From the NCBI GenBank assembly GCA_022844225.1, contig JALHMC010000015.1, positions 11,297 through 75,296 on the forward strand: a DNA stretch of 64,000 bases, read 5' to 3'. Origin of the DNA: Hyphomicrobiaceae bacterium. GTDB lineage: Bacteria > Pseudomonadota > Alphaproteobacteria > Rhizobiales > Hyphomicrobiaceae. The stretch's first letter is position 1; each line of letters begins with the position of its first letter. The notes beneath the pieces were generated by a model that searched no databases, had not been told where the DNA came from, and was given only the letters and a program-made list of their open reading frames with translations. The position numbers and the translations under genes are program-made. This document shows, in pieces, positions 54,221 through 63,852 of the stretch.

Positions 54221-55003
54221 TTAGTCTTCGCGCTCGATTTCTTCAGAAGCCTTACCCCGCGTTATTGGATTGACCGCTCGCAGCTCCTTAAGGCCAACGC
54301 TTGCATACCCCTCCAGGAGACTTAGAAGCTCGCGATATCCCGTGGCCGATCGGATGTCGGTAGGCAACTGAATGCCGTGTTCCTCCATCTTAGACACATC
54401 GAACGGCAAAACTGGATAAGGCGTATCGTTGACCATGCGAATGTATGGAGAGAACGGAACCAGCATGAGACCGCAAAAGAGGTACTTATTATAGACAGCA
54501 TCATACGCGGCCCTCTCGCGCTCGTCGTTCAGCTGACTGTAGCCCGGTCGGCCGAGAGGCTCGTAGTATGTGTTGATATTTCCTATCGCCTCTTCGAGTG
54601 ACCAAATCCGTTTCCGTATCCATTTTGCAAAATAGGCATGTTGAAACTCTTCGAAGGTTGCAAGGTCGATGTTCGTAGCCTGAGCGGCTTCCTTGGCCCC
54701 GCTCTGAAAACCCGCCTTGGATATGATGTATCCTCGATGCGCACCCGTTTCGAGAATGACGGTCCGAAATGAATGAACTACAGCTTTCGGTATTGCTGCC
54801 GCCCAATTCTTGCACTCGCAAATTATTGTGTGCCTGATGCCGTCGATTGTGTCGTGAGCGAGGACATCAACATCGACAGAGCCTCTCGGCAGGGTCAGCG
54901 AAGCTTGACGCAGAACCGTCATGCCGCATTCCTCAAGGATCGCGGCAACAACTTCTTCAAGATCCTGCCACGTGGCTGGTTGCGCGCTCGTGATCAGCGT
55001 CAT
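54221..55003 (-). CDS. Mrr-like (PD-(D/E)xK) restriction endonuclease domain protein with unknown C-terminal domain
   Basis: WQDLEEVVAAILEECGM ... GSVDVDVLAHD ... IICECKNW ... RGYIISKAGFQSGA (D...ExK core). Confidence 0.8.
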   Translation of the reverse strand: MTLITSAQPATWQDLEEVVAAILEECGMTVLRQASLTLPRGSVDVDVLAHDTIDGIRHTIICECKNWAAAIPKAVVHSFRTVILETGAHRGYIISKAGFQSGAKEAAQATNIDLATFEEFQHAYFAKWIRKRIWSLEEAIGNINTYYEPLGRPGYSQLNDERERAAYDAVYNKYLFCGLMLVPFSPYIRMVNDTPYPVLPFDVSKMEEHGIQLPTDIRSATGYRELLSLLEGYASVGLKELRAVNPITRGKASEEIERED

Positions 55004-55007
55004 GGCG

Positions 55008-55994
55008 TCAGCGGCCGTCTTCAGGATCGTCTACCTCGCCAAGAATTTCCTCAGCGCCAGAGACGAAGAAATGGTGCTCGGTATTTTTGTTGAGGTAAGT
55101 GATCAGGTCGGCGCGCGCGCCTGCGATGGTCTGATAATATTGCCGGAACGCCTGCGATACCTCTTTTGCCCTCTTAGCGTTCGGCGGGATCGGAATTTCG
55201 ATCTCCAAGTATCGTTTCCCCACATCCTCTCGGTTGGTTTGCATGAAAACGACGCGACGCCACTGGTCGCGAACGACCTTTAAGGTCAGAGCCCACAGTA
55301 GATAGAACGGATCAAAATGAGCCGTCACACCCGGTCGGATGATGATGACTTCCTTGGTCGTGACGACCTGCTCTTGCCCAGGCAAGAGAATACAAAAATC
55401 GCCAATGTTCTTTGATGTGCGCTCGGGGCAGAGCAAGTCAAACGCGCGAAGCCCCGAGCTTTCGCCTTTCCAAAAATACTTAGCGACTGAGCGAGGCACT
55501 CTGTTCGTCGGATTGATGTTGACGAGCCCCGCGCGCAAATCAGAAACCTTGATGTAAGGCACTTCACCTATGCGTTGGTCTTGCGATGGCGAGCCGTGAC
55601 CTCCGCGAATGGTGATCAAACCTTCGTCGCACAGCTCGCCGAGCGTCGAGAAGGTAAAGCCCTTGAACTCCTTGGTTGCCATTGCTGCGCGGAACTGCTT
55701 GCCGTAACGCCGGTCGTAATAGACTGGAACAGCACACCGTATATTGACATCCGCTTTGGGTAAGAAGGTGAGAGTGTCAGTCCGCTTCCCCTTAGCTAGA
55801 GCCTTGGCATCCTCAAGAAGCTGGTCGTTGACGGCGTCTACCAATCCCTGAGTTTCAGGGTCCTTGACCTGTTTGCGCTTGCCAGTGGCGGGATCAATGA
55901 TCGGCAGAAGCCGGCCGCCTTTCGAGAGCCCGCATGTCGGTGCGGTCGATACCATGATTGTTTCTTCGGAAAACCAGGACGGCTTGGCAATCAT
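55008..55994 (-). CDS. target-recognition (HsdS/BcgIB-like) specificity subunit
   Basis: TRD-like segments present (LGELCDEGLITIRGGHG...YIKVSDL ; IIRPGVTAHFDPFYLLWAL). The start overlaps the stop of the upstream methylase gene by 1 nt. Confidence 0.65.
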   Translation of the reverse strand: MIAKPSWFSEETIMVSTAPTCGLSKGGRLLPIIDPATGKRKQVKDPETQGLVDAVNDQLLEDAKALAKGKRTDTLTFLPKADVNIRCAVPVYYDRRYGKQFRAAMATKEFKGFTFSTLGELCDEGLITIRGGHGSPSQDQRIGEVPYIKVSDLRAGLVNINPTNRVPRSVAKYFWKGESSGLRAFDLLCPERTSKNIGDFCILLPGQEQVVTTKEVIIIRPGVTAHFDPFYLLWALTLKVVRDQWRRVVFMQTNREDVGKRYLEIEIPIPPNAKRAKEVSQAFRQYYQTIAGARADLITYLNKNTEHHFFVSGAEEILGEVDDPEDGR

Positions 55995-57691
55995 CAGCTT
56001 CTGCCTTTCTTTGTCCGACCCGTTTTCTTCGATGGCTGTTTGGCCTCGGCTGACGACTCCTCGCCGATCTTCTCAAATATGTAGAAGTTCGTCTTTGCGC
56101 GGCAGAATTCTTCGAACGCTTCCATCGGGATGTTCAGCATTCCCCTAAGCGCATAGCGGGGCTGGAGCCACTCGGCCAGCCATCGGTAAGAGAAGCTGAA
56201 GAAGTACGTCTCTGGCAAAACAATGCCGACACGTCCGCCGACACGAAGCAAGCGGTGTGCGAGTTCGAGGTAGACGAGGCCAATCTCTAGATCCGAAAAA
56301 TCCGTAGGACCTTTCATCGCTGCGGCAGTAGAGATTGTGTACTTCGCTGCACGGCAGTCAGCAGCTTTGACCTTTAGATTCTCTCCGAAAGGCGGATTGG
56401 TAATCACGACGGTGAACTGCGCATACCCGAGCGGAGCGTCTAGCGTCGTAAGTTCGTGACTGAGCTGCGGATACTTGGCGGCCCACTGATCGCTACGGAT
56501 GGCGTCACCAAGCAGGACATGGGTAGAGCCGTCCTGCATGGCCACCATGATCGCACGCGTGAGCTTGACACCAATATCGTCCTTATCGATGCCGTACAGG
56601 TTATCGTTGGCCCACTTGACCCTGTTCCAGACCTCAGAATCGTCCGGGAATTCCTTATCGGCGACCTGACGGAGAGCCTCGATCAGAAATGCTCCGGTGC
56701 CGCATGCAGGATCGATGACCTTGTCTTCGGATGTTATCTCCATGGCCATCAGTGCCGGCCGCACAATTCTGAGCGGTGTCAGGTATTGCCCCTCCCCACT
56801 CTTGAGAGCGCTTGTTCGAAAAATCTGAAAGGCTTTGGCGAGCAAATCGACGTGGTCGCCAAGTATGCGCAACGGTGCAAGCTCCGCTACGACCGCGAAG
56901 ATGGTTTCGTCGCTGAGGAACAGACGTTCCTGATCCGAGGCTAGGAAAATTCGAGTGCGTTGCTTTTCAAAGTAGTCTTTGAACATGTCGCGCAGGCGCG
57001 TTGCGGTCACTTCAATTTTATTATCGCTATTTCCGTAGATTCTGAACGCGACGGGCTTGGCCTGATTGGCAGAGCGGCTGGCGATGGCATCGCTTTCCAG
57101 TTTGACAAGCAGGACATGAAGCAGCTCGCGAAGCTGATCCTCTCGCCTGGTAACGTTCGGGTCCGACACCACCACGGTTGCGACGAGCCGTTTGAGTGCG
57201 CCAGTCAGCTCAACTTCAGTAGGAATTCGAAGCGATTTCCACGACGGAGGAGCCTTCGGAGGTTGGGTGAGGTCATCCGTTGGGCTTGGCAAGCCAGGGT
57301 TCTCGACGAACACCCAATCAGCGCCGTGGCGCTTGTAGACAGCAAGGCTCTGCTCTCCGTTCGTCCAATAGCCGAGCTTGGCCATTGGCTCGTTGCTCAG
57401 ATATCGCATGAGCTGAGCGCGACCCTTGGTGATATCTGGCGCCTTGAACTCAAATATTACGCTGAGCGCATACCATTCACCGCTCGCGTCAGCAAAAGCG
57501 ACAAGGTCAGCTGAACCGCAGGTATCGTATTTCTGGCCGCGTTCACGCTTGGTCAGATCGTGAGGGGTGTCTGGGACAGGCCATTCCGGCTTCCATCGCA
57601 GCTGGTTTTCACGCCAGCCGAGCTTAAGCAGCCTCGCGATGACAGCTTGGCGTACGCGTTCTTCCGGCTTCATGGAGGGTGTATCAAGCAT
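55994..57691 (-). CDS. fusion of HsdR_N-type PD-(D/E)xK nuclease domain and gamma-class N6-adenine DNA methyltransferase (BcgIA / type IIB-IIG-like)
   Basis: N-terminus: RVRQAVIARLLKLGW ... GSADLVAF ... VIFEFKAPD. MTase motif I is VIDPACGTGAFL and motif IV is VVITNPPFG. Confidence 0.85.
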   Translation of the reverse strand: MLDTPSMKPEERVRQAVIARLLKLGWRENQLRWKPEWPVPDTPHDLTKRERGQKYDTCGSADLVAFADASGEWYALSVIFEFKAPDITKGRAQLMRYLSNEPMAKLGYWTNGEQSLAVYKRHGADWVFVENPGLPSPTDDLTQPPKAPPSWKSLRIPTEVELTGALKRLVATVVVSDPNVTRREDQLRELLHVLLVKLESDAIASRSANQAKPVAFRIYGNSDNKIEVTATRLRDMFKDYFEKQRTRIFLASDQERLFLSDETIFAVVAELAPLRILGDHVDLLAKAFQIFRTSALKSGEGQYLTPLRIVRPALMAMEITSEDKVIDPACGTGAFLIEALRQVADKEFPDDSEVWNRVKWANDNLYGIDKDDIGVKLTRAIMVAMQDGSTHVLLGDAIRSDQWAAKYPQLSHELTTLDAPLGYAQFTVVITNPPFGENLKVKAADCRAAKYTISTAAAMKGPTDFSDLEIGLVYLELAHRLLRVGGRVGIVLPETYFFSFSYRWLAEWLQPRYALRGMLNIPMEAFEEFCRAKTNFYIFEKIGEESSAEAKQPSKKTGRTKKGRS

Positions 57692-57798
57692 GGGGTTTTG
57701 GACCAGAAAAAGGAGCTACTCACTTTATGGAGCACGATTACCAGCTAGCATAAAAGTGAGCTACTCCCTTTTTCAGTTTCATCCCCAGCATTGTGTCC

Positions 57799-58299
57799 TC
57801 AGGCTGGCTTAGCTTTCGGCGCTGCCTTCGAAGACGATGCTAGATCAAGCTCCAAAGCCTTCGCCCTGCGGTCCATCACTTGAGCGGGCGTCGCGGATGA
57901 GAGGATAGCCCCTGCCCTCGTCTCGACCTTGGCGCGGAATGTCTGCGCCAGCGTGTAGTCCTCACCCTTCAGACGTTCAGCGTCTTCCTTGGTGAAAGCT
58001 TCGGCGGCGGTGATGTTGACGGCCGGCGCGAACCGCTCGCCACCGAGATTGACGAGCCCGACACCCTGCTCCTTAAAGGCATCAAGGGTTTCGCGGCCAA
58101 GCTTGGAGGTCTTATCGGCAAACTCGATGCGAATGTTAATGCGCTCGGGATCGATCTCGATGCCCTTGCTTTCTTTCAGGCTGTCCTTGGCCTTCGCCTT
58201 GTCCTCTGCGGACATAGGACGGATGAGGCGAACGGTGTCGATCGGTACCGTGCGCGTGACGCCTTCATGCGTTGTGTACTTCAATGAGTTTGTAGCCAT
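57799..58299 (-). CDS. hypothetical protein with Lys/Ala-rich tail
   Basis: 166-aa ORF from MATNSLKYTTHEG. GAAAGGGAAATGATC precedes the ATG. Confidence 0.55.
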   Translation of the reverse strand: MATNSLKYTTHEGVTRTVPIDTVRLIRPMSAEDKAKAKDSLKESKGIEIDPERINIRIEFADKTSKLGRETLDAFKEQGVGLVNLGGERFAPAVNITAAEAFTKEDAERLKGEDYTLAQTFRAKVETRAGAILSSATPAQVMDRRAKALELDLASSSKAAPKAKPA

Positions 58300-58533
58300 G
58301 ATCATTTCCCTTTCAGAATGTGGGAACAATCATCGTCTGCTTAAAGATGAAGTCACGCTGCATAGCAGCAAGAGTTCTGGAAACAACTTCGTTCGACACC
58401 GAAGCTACCCGCAAGGGATCGAAGCCGAACGGCGGAAACCCGCATTTTCCGGGGTTCCGTTCACGAGAGCCCGGTCGGCTTTCGCCGATGCGGCCAATCT
58501 GTCCTGCGAATCGGGATACGATTTCCAAACCCA

Positions 58534-61500
58534 TTGCAAGGAAAGTGCGTTGTGCCGGACATCAGTGCCGTCGAAATCCCCAAACCTCTCAACTGGCAGG
58601 ACTTCCAACGGTCCAGTGTCGTCCTGTTCCGCTGCGTGCTCGGCGACGAGAGCGTTCAGGAATTTGGGCGCGAAGGACAGACGCAGCACGGAATCGATCT
58701 TCTGGGTTACCGCAACGCCGATACCTCTCGTCCGGTTGATATCCAGTGCCGTCGTATCAAGAAGCCACTGACCGAAGACAAGATGCGCAGCGACGCCGAA
58801 GAGGCGCGCGCCATCAAGCCCGCACTAACGGAACTGATATTCGCAACGACCGCAGAACGCGATAAGTCGCTCCAGTTGGCGGCCGCCAAACTGACCGAAG
58901 AACTTAAGGCTTCCGGATGGAACTGCCGTGTCACCGTGATGTCATGGCCCGACCTGCAGCACGACATCGCGCAGCATCCCCGGGCGCTGCGGGCATTCTG
59001 GCCTGCAATGGCTGCCAACGATGCGCCGGTCATTGCAGTCGTCAGGGAAAGCTCAGCCAACGTCTCGGCAAAACTCGACGAACAGATGACGCTTATCCGC
59101 GAGATGAGCGAAAAACTCTCGCGCTCTGCATCGGCAGTGACTGAGGAATACGAAGCCGATCTGGCGCCAGAGGTGAAGCAGGAACCGGCGGGTCTGCACG
59201 GCAGACTTTCAGAAATCAGGAAGCTTATCGCGAAAGGTAAGACCAAGACCGCCCTCGAATCCTTCAAGGAAATCGAACGCGAAACGCTTCCGCCATATGC
59301 CAAATACAGGGTGATCGCCAATATCGGAGCGATCCACTTCAACGCTGGCCGCAATGATGAAGCGCTAGACTATTTTCGTCAGGCGCTCGCGCTTCGTCCG
59401 GACGATCCGAAGGCGGTGATCAACCTCGCCTACGCGGAGTTGGTGGGCGGCGACATTGAAGGCGCACGAGCTCGCGGCCTGGCCGTCCTTGAGAAGCAAC
59501 CGGATCATGCCGGAGCCGCGAGCCTTGTTATCCAGTCGCATCGAAACGATTCCGCGCTGAACGATCCGTTCGCGCTCGTGCCGCAGGCATCGCACGAGGC
59601 GGCCGAGGTATTGACCGCTGCAATCGTATTCTTGCGCGCTCGGGACGACCTCTCGTGGTTCGACGTTGCCAAGAACGCCGCTGCCAAATATCCGAACGAT
59701 CGTCACCTTGTCCGCTTTGGCGCGGAAGCAGTGCTGGAGCCTGCTCTGGCCGATCGCGAAGTCATGTTCGGAAAGCAGATCGATTCTGCCGTACTGGAAG
59801 CGGTTGGAAAGAGCGCAGCCAAACTTCGTGACCTTTGGCGCCGCGAGATGGACATGGAGGATGTTCGCAGCGAAGAGGCCTGCCCGCTCGCGAACAATGC
59901 CGCTGGGGCTCTCCGCTTCATAGGAGATGACGAGGGTGCTGCGCGTGTCCTCGACGAAACGCTGGCAAAGGTCGGCCAAGACGCGGGCTTGGTGAGAGCG
60001 CGCGCACTGCTCTACCTGCATGCGGACGAAGACCGGAAGGCAGCAGACCTCCTGGAATCGGTCGACGATCCCGAAGGCACCCTGTTCCTCGCGCAGCTAA
60101 CGGCGGCGAAGGAACCGGCGAGAGCCCGTACAGCGCTCGGGCGACTGAAACCCGATCAATTGCCGAAGCATATGCGGGTCATTATTCCCGAAGTGCAGGG
60201 TGAAATCGCACTCGCGGAGAAAGATAAGTCTGCCGTCGCTGACGTGCTGAAGGAGCTCGAAGCGCAGGGAGCGCCATTCCCGACGATCGCAATTTTGCGC
60301 GCGCGGGCAGCCGAGGAAGGCTTGATCGAGGTCCCGGCACGGGGCGAGGAAGACGACGACGCGGAGGATGGTCTTCAGCCCGCGATTGCAGAGATTGTCA
60401 GTCAGTTGCCGTCTCACGAGGCAGCACTCAGCTTTGCTGACCGGGTGCAACTGGCCCAGTTCCTGGAACGGCACAATGCCGATGAAACGGCATCGAACCT
60501 GCTGCACGGCCGCGTCGATCCCAGTCGTGACAGCGTAAGCCTTCGCACATACCTTGGAGCCAGCATTGGGGCCCAGCTGTTTGCCAGATCGCGCGCAGTT
60601 CTCGCAGCCTTGCCCCCTGCCCTTCTCGATCTTCCCACCTATGCAAGGATGGCCGCTACGTATCACTGGAACATTGGCGACGCCAAATCAGCCGAACCGT
60701 TTGTGGCGCGGTTGAGTGCGGAATCCCCGCTACGTCTCGATCTGCTGCTTTGGAACATCGATGCGCTGATCCGCATGAACGCCGAAGATCGTGTCAGGAA
60801 CATCCTCAAGGCACCGGTCGAGACTACCGCAGACGGTACGCTAGCCGATAAACGGCGCCTGGTCTCAGCCCTGACATCCTACGGCCAGCCCGAACGCGCA
60901 CGCGCTCTCGCATACCGAATGTTCGCGCTGAACCGGGACGATCCGGGCGCCTGGATGACGTTCATGGGTACGATGCTCACGGGCGAGCCTACCGATCGCG
61001 ATCATATCCTCGATCCGGTCATTGGGCCGGATCACGCCTTCGAGATCCGCCTGGCGACCGGTGAGGCGCGCCGGTATGTGCTGGAAAGCGATCCCGACGT
61101 GCGCCGGGTGCTACCTGACGCCCTGGCGCCTGACCACGATATTGCAAAGCTCCTTCAGGGCCTGAAGGCAGACGACACGTTCGCGTGGCCTAGCGACGGC
61201 AGCACCGCGATCGTTACCGTCGCCAAACACAAATTCCTGGATGCTTTCCACCTGGCGATCGGTCGGTTCAACGACCGCTTCCCTACGGCGAAAGGTTTCA
61301 GGCAGGTCAATGTCGGTACGGCCGAAAATTTCGATATCAGCGCCATCGAGAAGATGCTTCGGGAACGATCGGAGCATATCCAGGCCCAGACCAAACAATA
61401 TGAAGACGGCAAGATTTCCCTCGCGATGCTGGCGCATCTCTGCGGCGTCGACCCGATCGATACGATGCTCGGGCTTGCTGAGCTCGGAAGTACCTACCGG

Positions 61501-62472
61501 GTATCCATCGGTTCGAGGGAGGAGCGGGACGGAACGGCCGCGCATGTAAAGGCTCACAAGGCTGCCGGCTGCATCGTCGATGCGGCCACCTATCACTGCA
61601 TCCGGCGGCTCGGCCTCGAAGAGGCAGTGAAGGCTGTGTGCGGACCTATCGGCATCACGCAGGCAACTGCCGACATTTATCATGCGCGTGTGCAGTCGCT
61701 CGACGTTGCGGGCGGCGAGCCCAAAGGCAGCATGGCCATGCGCAACGGCCAGATGCAGATGATCGAATATTCTCCAGAGCAGATGGCGAAGACGAGGCTC
61801 GTCGTTGAAGGCGATCGTGATTGGCTTGCACAGAATGCCGAAGTGATACCGGCAATACCGAAGACCGATCCGCCTTTGGCGATGCGGCGTCTGGCGGTCG
61901 TTCCCGGCGCTCGCTTTTTCGACGACGTGTTTGCTGCGAGCGGGTCGTCGCGGTTGCTGCTGGCAGACGATTTGTTCACCCGCCAGGTGGGTTACGCACT
62001 TGGCGTCCGCTCGACCTCGCTTCAGCCGGTGCTCATGATCGCGCGAGAACGCGGTATCCTCTCTCCGACCGCATATGCGAAGGCAATTACCGATCTCATC
62101 GACATCGGGCAGCGATCCATCGGTATAGACGCTGCCGGGCTGCTTGCGGCCCGCATGCTCGACATGGAAAACGATGAGCCCCGCGTTGGCAAACGTCTCA
62201 CCTTGGCGGCCAAAGTTCTCGGCGGTCCCGCCTGCGATCCTGCTTCACACTGCAGCGTTGTCGCCGAGTTCATTCAGCTGCTCTGGAAAATGGATTCCTT
62301 CAGCCTCGATGATTTTGCCGTCATCTCTCATGTCTTAACGGCAGTGCTGCGCGATCGAACCGAAGACTATCGGGAGATGCTTCAGAGGATCGATCAGCAT
62401 CTGTCTGGAAACAACGAAGCCCGCCGCTATTTGCGCGCCTGGTCACGAGGCCATTTTCTGCAGTGGCCGTAA
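58534..62472 (+). CDS. 1312-aa protein: N-terminal Mrr-like nuclease-fold domain, long TPR array, large unassigned (possibly PIN-like) C-terminal domain
   Basis: The N-terminus EGQTQHGIDLLGY...VDIQCRR follows the Mrr pattern GIDG...vQcK but with Arg replacing Lys. TPRs are present (NIGAIHFNAGRNDEALDYFRQALALRPDDPKAVINLAYAEL...). The C-terminus has GCIVDAATYHCI and LLLADDLF segments. Confidence 0.8.
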   Translation: MQGKCVVPDISAVEIPKPLNWQDFQRSSVVLFRCVLGDESVQEFGREGQTQHGIDLLGYRNADTSRPVDIQCRRIKKPLTEDKMRSDAEEARAIKPALTELIFATTAERDKSLQLAAAKLTEELKASGWNCRVTVMSWPDLQHDIAQHPRALRAFWPAMAANDAPVIAVVRESSANVSAKLDEQMTLIREMSEKLSRSASAVTEEYEADLAPEVKQEPAGLHGRLSEIRKLIAKGKTKTALESFKEIERETLPPYAKYRVIANIGAIHFNAGRNDEALDYFRQALALRPDDPKAVINLAYAELVGGDIEGARARGLAVLEKQPDHAGAASLVIQSHRNDSALNDPFALVPQASHEAAEVLTAAIVFLRARDDLSWFDVAKNAAAKYPNDRHLVRFGAEAVLEPALADREVMFGKQIDSAVLEAVGKSAAKLRDLWRREMDMEDVRSEEACPLANNAAGALRFIGDDEGAARVLDETLAKVGQDAGLVRARALLYLHADEDRKAADLLESVDDPEGTLFLAQLTAAKEPARARTALGRLKPDQLPKHMRVIIPEVQGEIALAEKDKSAVADVLKELEAQGAPFPTIAILRARAAEEGLIEVPARGEEDDDAEDGLQPAIAEIVSQLPSHEAALSFADRVQLAQFLERHNADETASNLLHGRVDPSRDSVSLRTYLGASIGAQLFARSRAVLAALPPALLDLPTYARMAATYHWNIGDAKSAEPFVARLSAESPLRLDLLLWNIDALIRMNAEDRVRNILKAPVETTADGTLADKRRLVSALTSYGQPERARALAYRMFALNRDDPGAWMTFMGTMLTGEPTDRDHILDPVIGPDHAFEIRLATGEARRYVLESDPDVRRVLPDALAPDHDIAKLLQGLKADDTFAWPSDGSTAIVTVAKHKFLDAFHLAIGRFNDRFPTAKGFRQVNVGTAENFDISAIEKMLRERSEHIQAQTKQYEDGKISLAMLAHLCGVDPIDTMLGLAELGSTYRVSIGSREERDGTAAHVKAHKAAGCIVDAATYHCIRRLGLEEAVKAVCGPIGITQATADIYHARVQSLDVAGGEPKGSMAMRNGQMQMIEYSPEQMAKTRLVVEGDRDWLAQNAEVIPAIPKTDPPLAMRRLAVVPGARFFDDVFAASGSSRLLLADDLFTRQVGYALGVRSTSLQPVLMIARERGILSPTAYAKAITDLIDIGQRSIGIDAAGLLAARMLDMENDEPRVGKRLTLAAKVLGGPACDPASHCSVVAEFIQLLWKMDSFSLDDFAVISHVLTAVLRDRTEDYREMLQRIDQHLSGNNEARRYLRAWSRGHFLQWP

Positions 62473-62581
62473 GTTGAAATGCGGCGTGTGGCCGGCAAGC
62501 CGAAGGGCTATTCAACCGCGCCCTCCGCCATCGTCTTAGCCGGGTGCAAACCACCAAGACTCCAGGACACCATCTGGGGGC

Positions 62582-62821
62582 CTAGCAGGCTCTGATCAGA
62601 TAAGCTGCGTGTTTGCCTTGATACTCGATGGCTAGGTCAACCTGACCGCCCTCGCCCAGGCTGACTGTCGTATGCAGCGTCAAAGTCTTCCTATGCGCTA
62701 ATTCCATATCGATGACGGCGCGCGCCGCATCCGCAAGGCATTCATAGGTCTGTACGGGCTCGAAGATGCCCAGGCCATTCTTGCGAAAGAGCTCCCACTG
62801 TTCGGCGATCGGTTCACTCAT
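62582..62821 (-). CDS. small hypothetical protein
   Basis: 79-aa ORF whose start overlaps the stop of the upstream gene by 8 nt (operon with parA). Confidence 0.45.
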   Translation of the reverse strand: MSEPIAEQWELFRKNGLGIFEPVQTYECLADAARAVIDMELAHRKTLTLHTTVSLGEGGQVDLAIEYQGKHAAYLIRAC

Positions 62822-63182
62822 TGCTGACCCGGTCCCGGCGTCCGTCCTCGATCATGTCGGCGTTGCGAATCTCGAACCCTTCCGCCTTCAGCGAAGTCAT
62901 GATGACGTGCTTGATGGTGGTGCCGCGATGGAAAGCTCTCAGCTTCAGCTCCCTCCAGACATAGTCCGGGATTTCGATGCTGAAGTTCTTCATGTGGGCG
63001 CGCGGTGTCGGAATGGATTCCGGATCGACCTTCGGCTCGGCCTTAAGAGCGACCCTGCCCCCCTCGCCCGCCTGGTCGGACGGTTTGACCATGGTGGCGA
63101 CGCCCTTCTCTTCGGCCAGTCGTTCAAGGCGGCTGTCGATATCGGCATCAAGGGCGAGAAACGGTTTGCGGCTATTATTCAT
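62814..63182 (-). CDS. ParG-like ribbon-helix-helix partition/centromere-binding protein candidate
   Basis: Begins 1 nt after the parA stop codon. The C-terminus FSIEIPDYVWRELKLRAFHRGTTIKHVIMTSL fits a beta-strand plus two helices. Confidence 0.5.
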   Translation of the reverse strand: MNNSRKPFLALDADIDSRLERLAEEKGVATMVKPSDQAGEGGRVALKAEPKVDPESIPTPRAHMKNFSIEIPDYVWRELKLRAFHRGTTIKHVIMTSLKAEGFEIRNADMIEDGRRDRVSNE

Positions 63183-63183
63183 G

Positions 63184-63852
63184 TCAGCCTGCCTTGCGCA
63201 GTTCGTCGGCGTCCGTTGCAACGATGGCAGTAATCTCAGCGAGCAACGCCCGCACTTCGGCCCCTGCCCCTTTTTCGCGCTCGGTCAGTGTTGGCGGCTG
63301 GCCGTTGAGGAACATCTCCTTATAGGCCGAGCGCTCGACGAGCGCGGTGCGGAACAGCGGTAGCCCATGGCGCTCCAGTTCCTCGTAGGCGAAGTCGGTG
63401 ACGCGCGAGCGTAAGGGGAACACCTTGGTCAGCAGCAGCCGGTACGGGATCGGCCTCCCCGTCTCCTCGCGCACGTCGCGAATATCGCTGACGACTACCA
63501 GTGCCTCGCGCAAATCCGGCTCGGAGGCCTGTGCCGGGATCACGACCAGGTCCGATCTGGCCAGCACCTTGAACATCGTGGTTTCGCGCGTGCCTGGCAG
63601 GTCGATGCAGATGTGATCGAATTCGCCGCTCATGGCCTGCTTGCGATAGAACTCCCCGAACGCCTTCGACTCGATGGCGACAACAGTGAGCCCGTCGAGC
63701 GGCGCCTTGCGCGCCCATCGCTCAAGGGTCTTGTTCTGATCGAGATCGATAAGCAGGACGCGGCTGCCCTGCAGGGCCAGCTCGGATGCGATGGCGGCGC
63801 ATGTGGTGGACTTACCGACCCCGCCTTTCGAAGACGCAAAACTGATGATCAT
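63184..63852 (-). CDS. parA: ParA-family partition ATPase
   Basis: Deviant Walker A: MIISFASSKGGVGKSTT. Also LIDLDQNKTL and DLVVIPAQASEPDL. The start was chosen at 63852. Confidence 0.9.
   Translation of the reverse strand: MIISFASSKGGVGKSTTCAAIASELALQGSRVLLIDLDQNKTLERWARKAPLDGLTVVAIESKAFGEFYRKQAMSGEFDHICIDLPGTRETTMFKVLARSDLVVIPAQASEPDLREALVVVSDIRDVREETGRPIPYRLLLTKVFPLRSRVTDFAYEELERHGLPLFRTALVERSAYKEMFLNGQPPTLTEREKGAGAEVRALLAEITAIVATDADELRKAG

Noticed and set aside
58380-58450. Fourth copy of the conserved leader motif upstream of the gene at 57799-58299.
   Set aside because: Only short matches are present (cgaagccgaacggcgg ... ttcac). The flanking caacacgggag and ggagcgggcag blocks are absent, so it is too weak to call by eye.
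59365-61683. Minus-strand ORFs of 218, 189 and 190 aa inside the 1312-aa gene.
   Set aside because: They are antisense to a long uninterrupted ORF with recognisable TPR repeats and have no motifs of their own.
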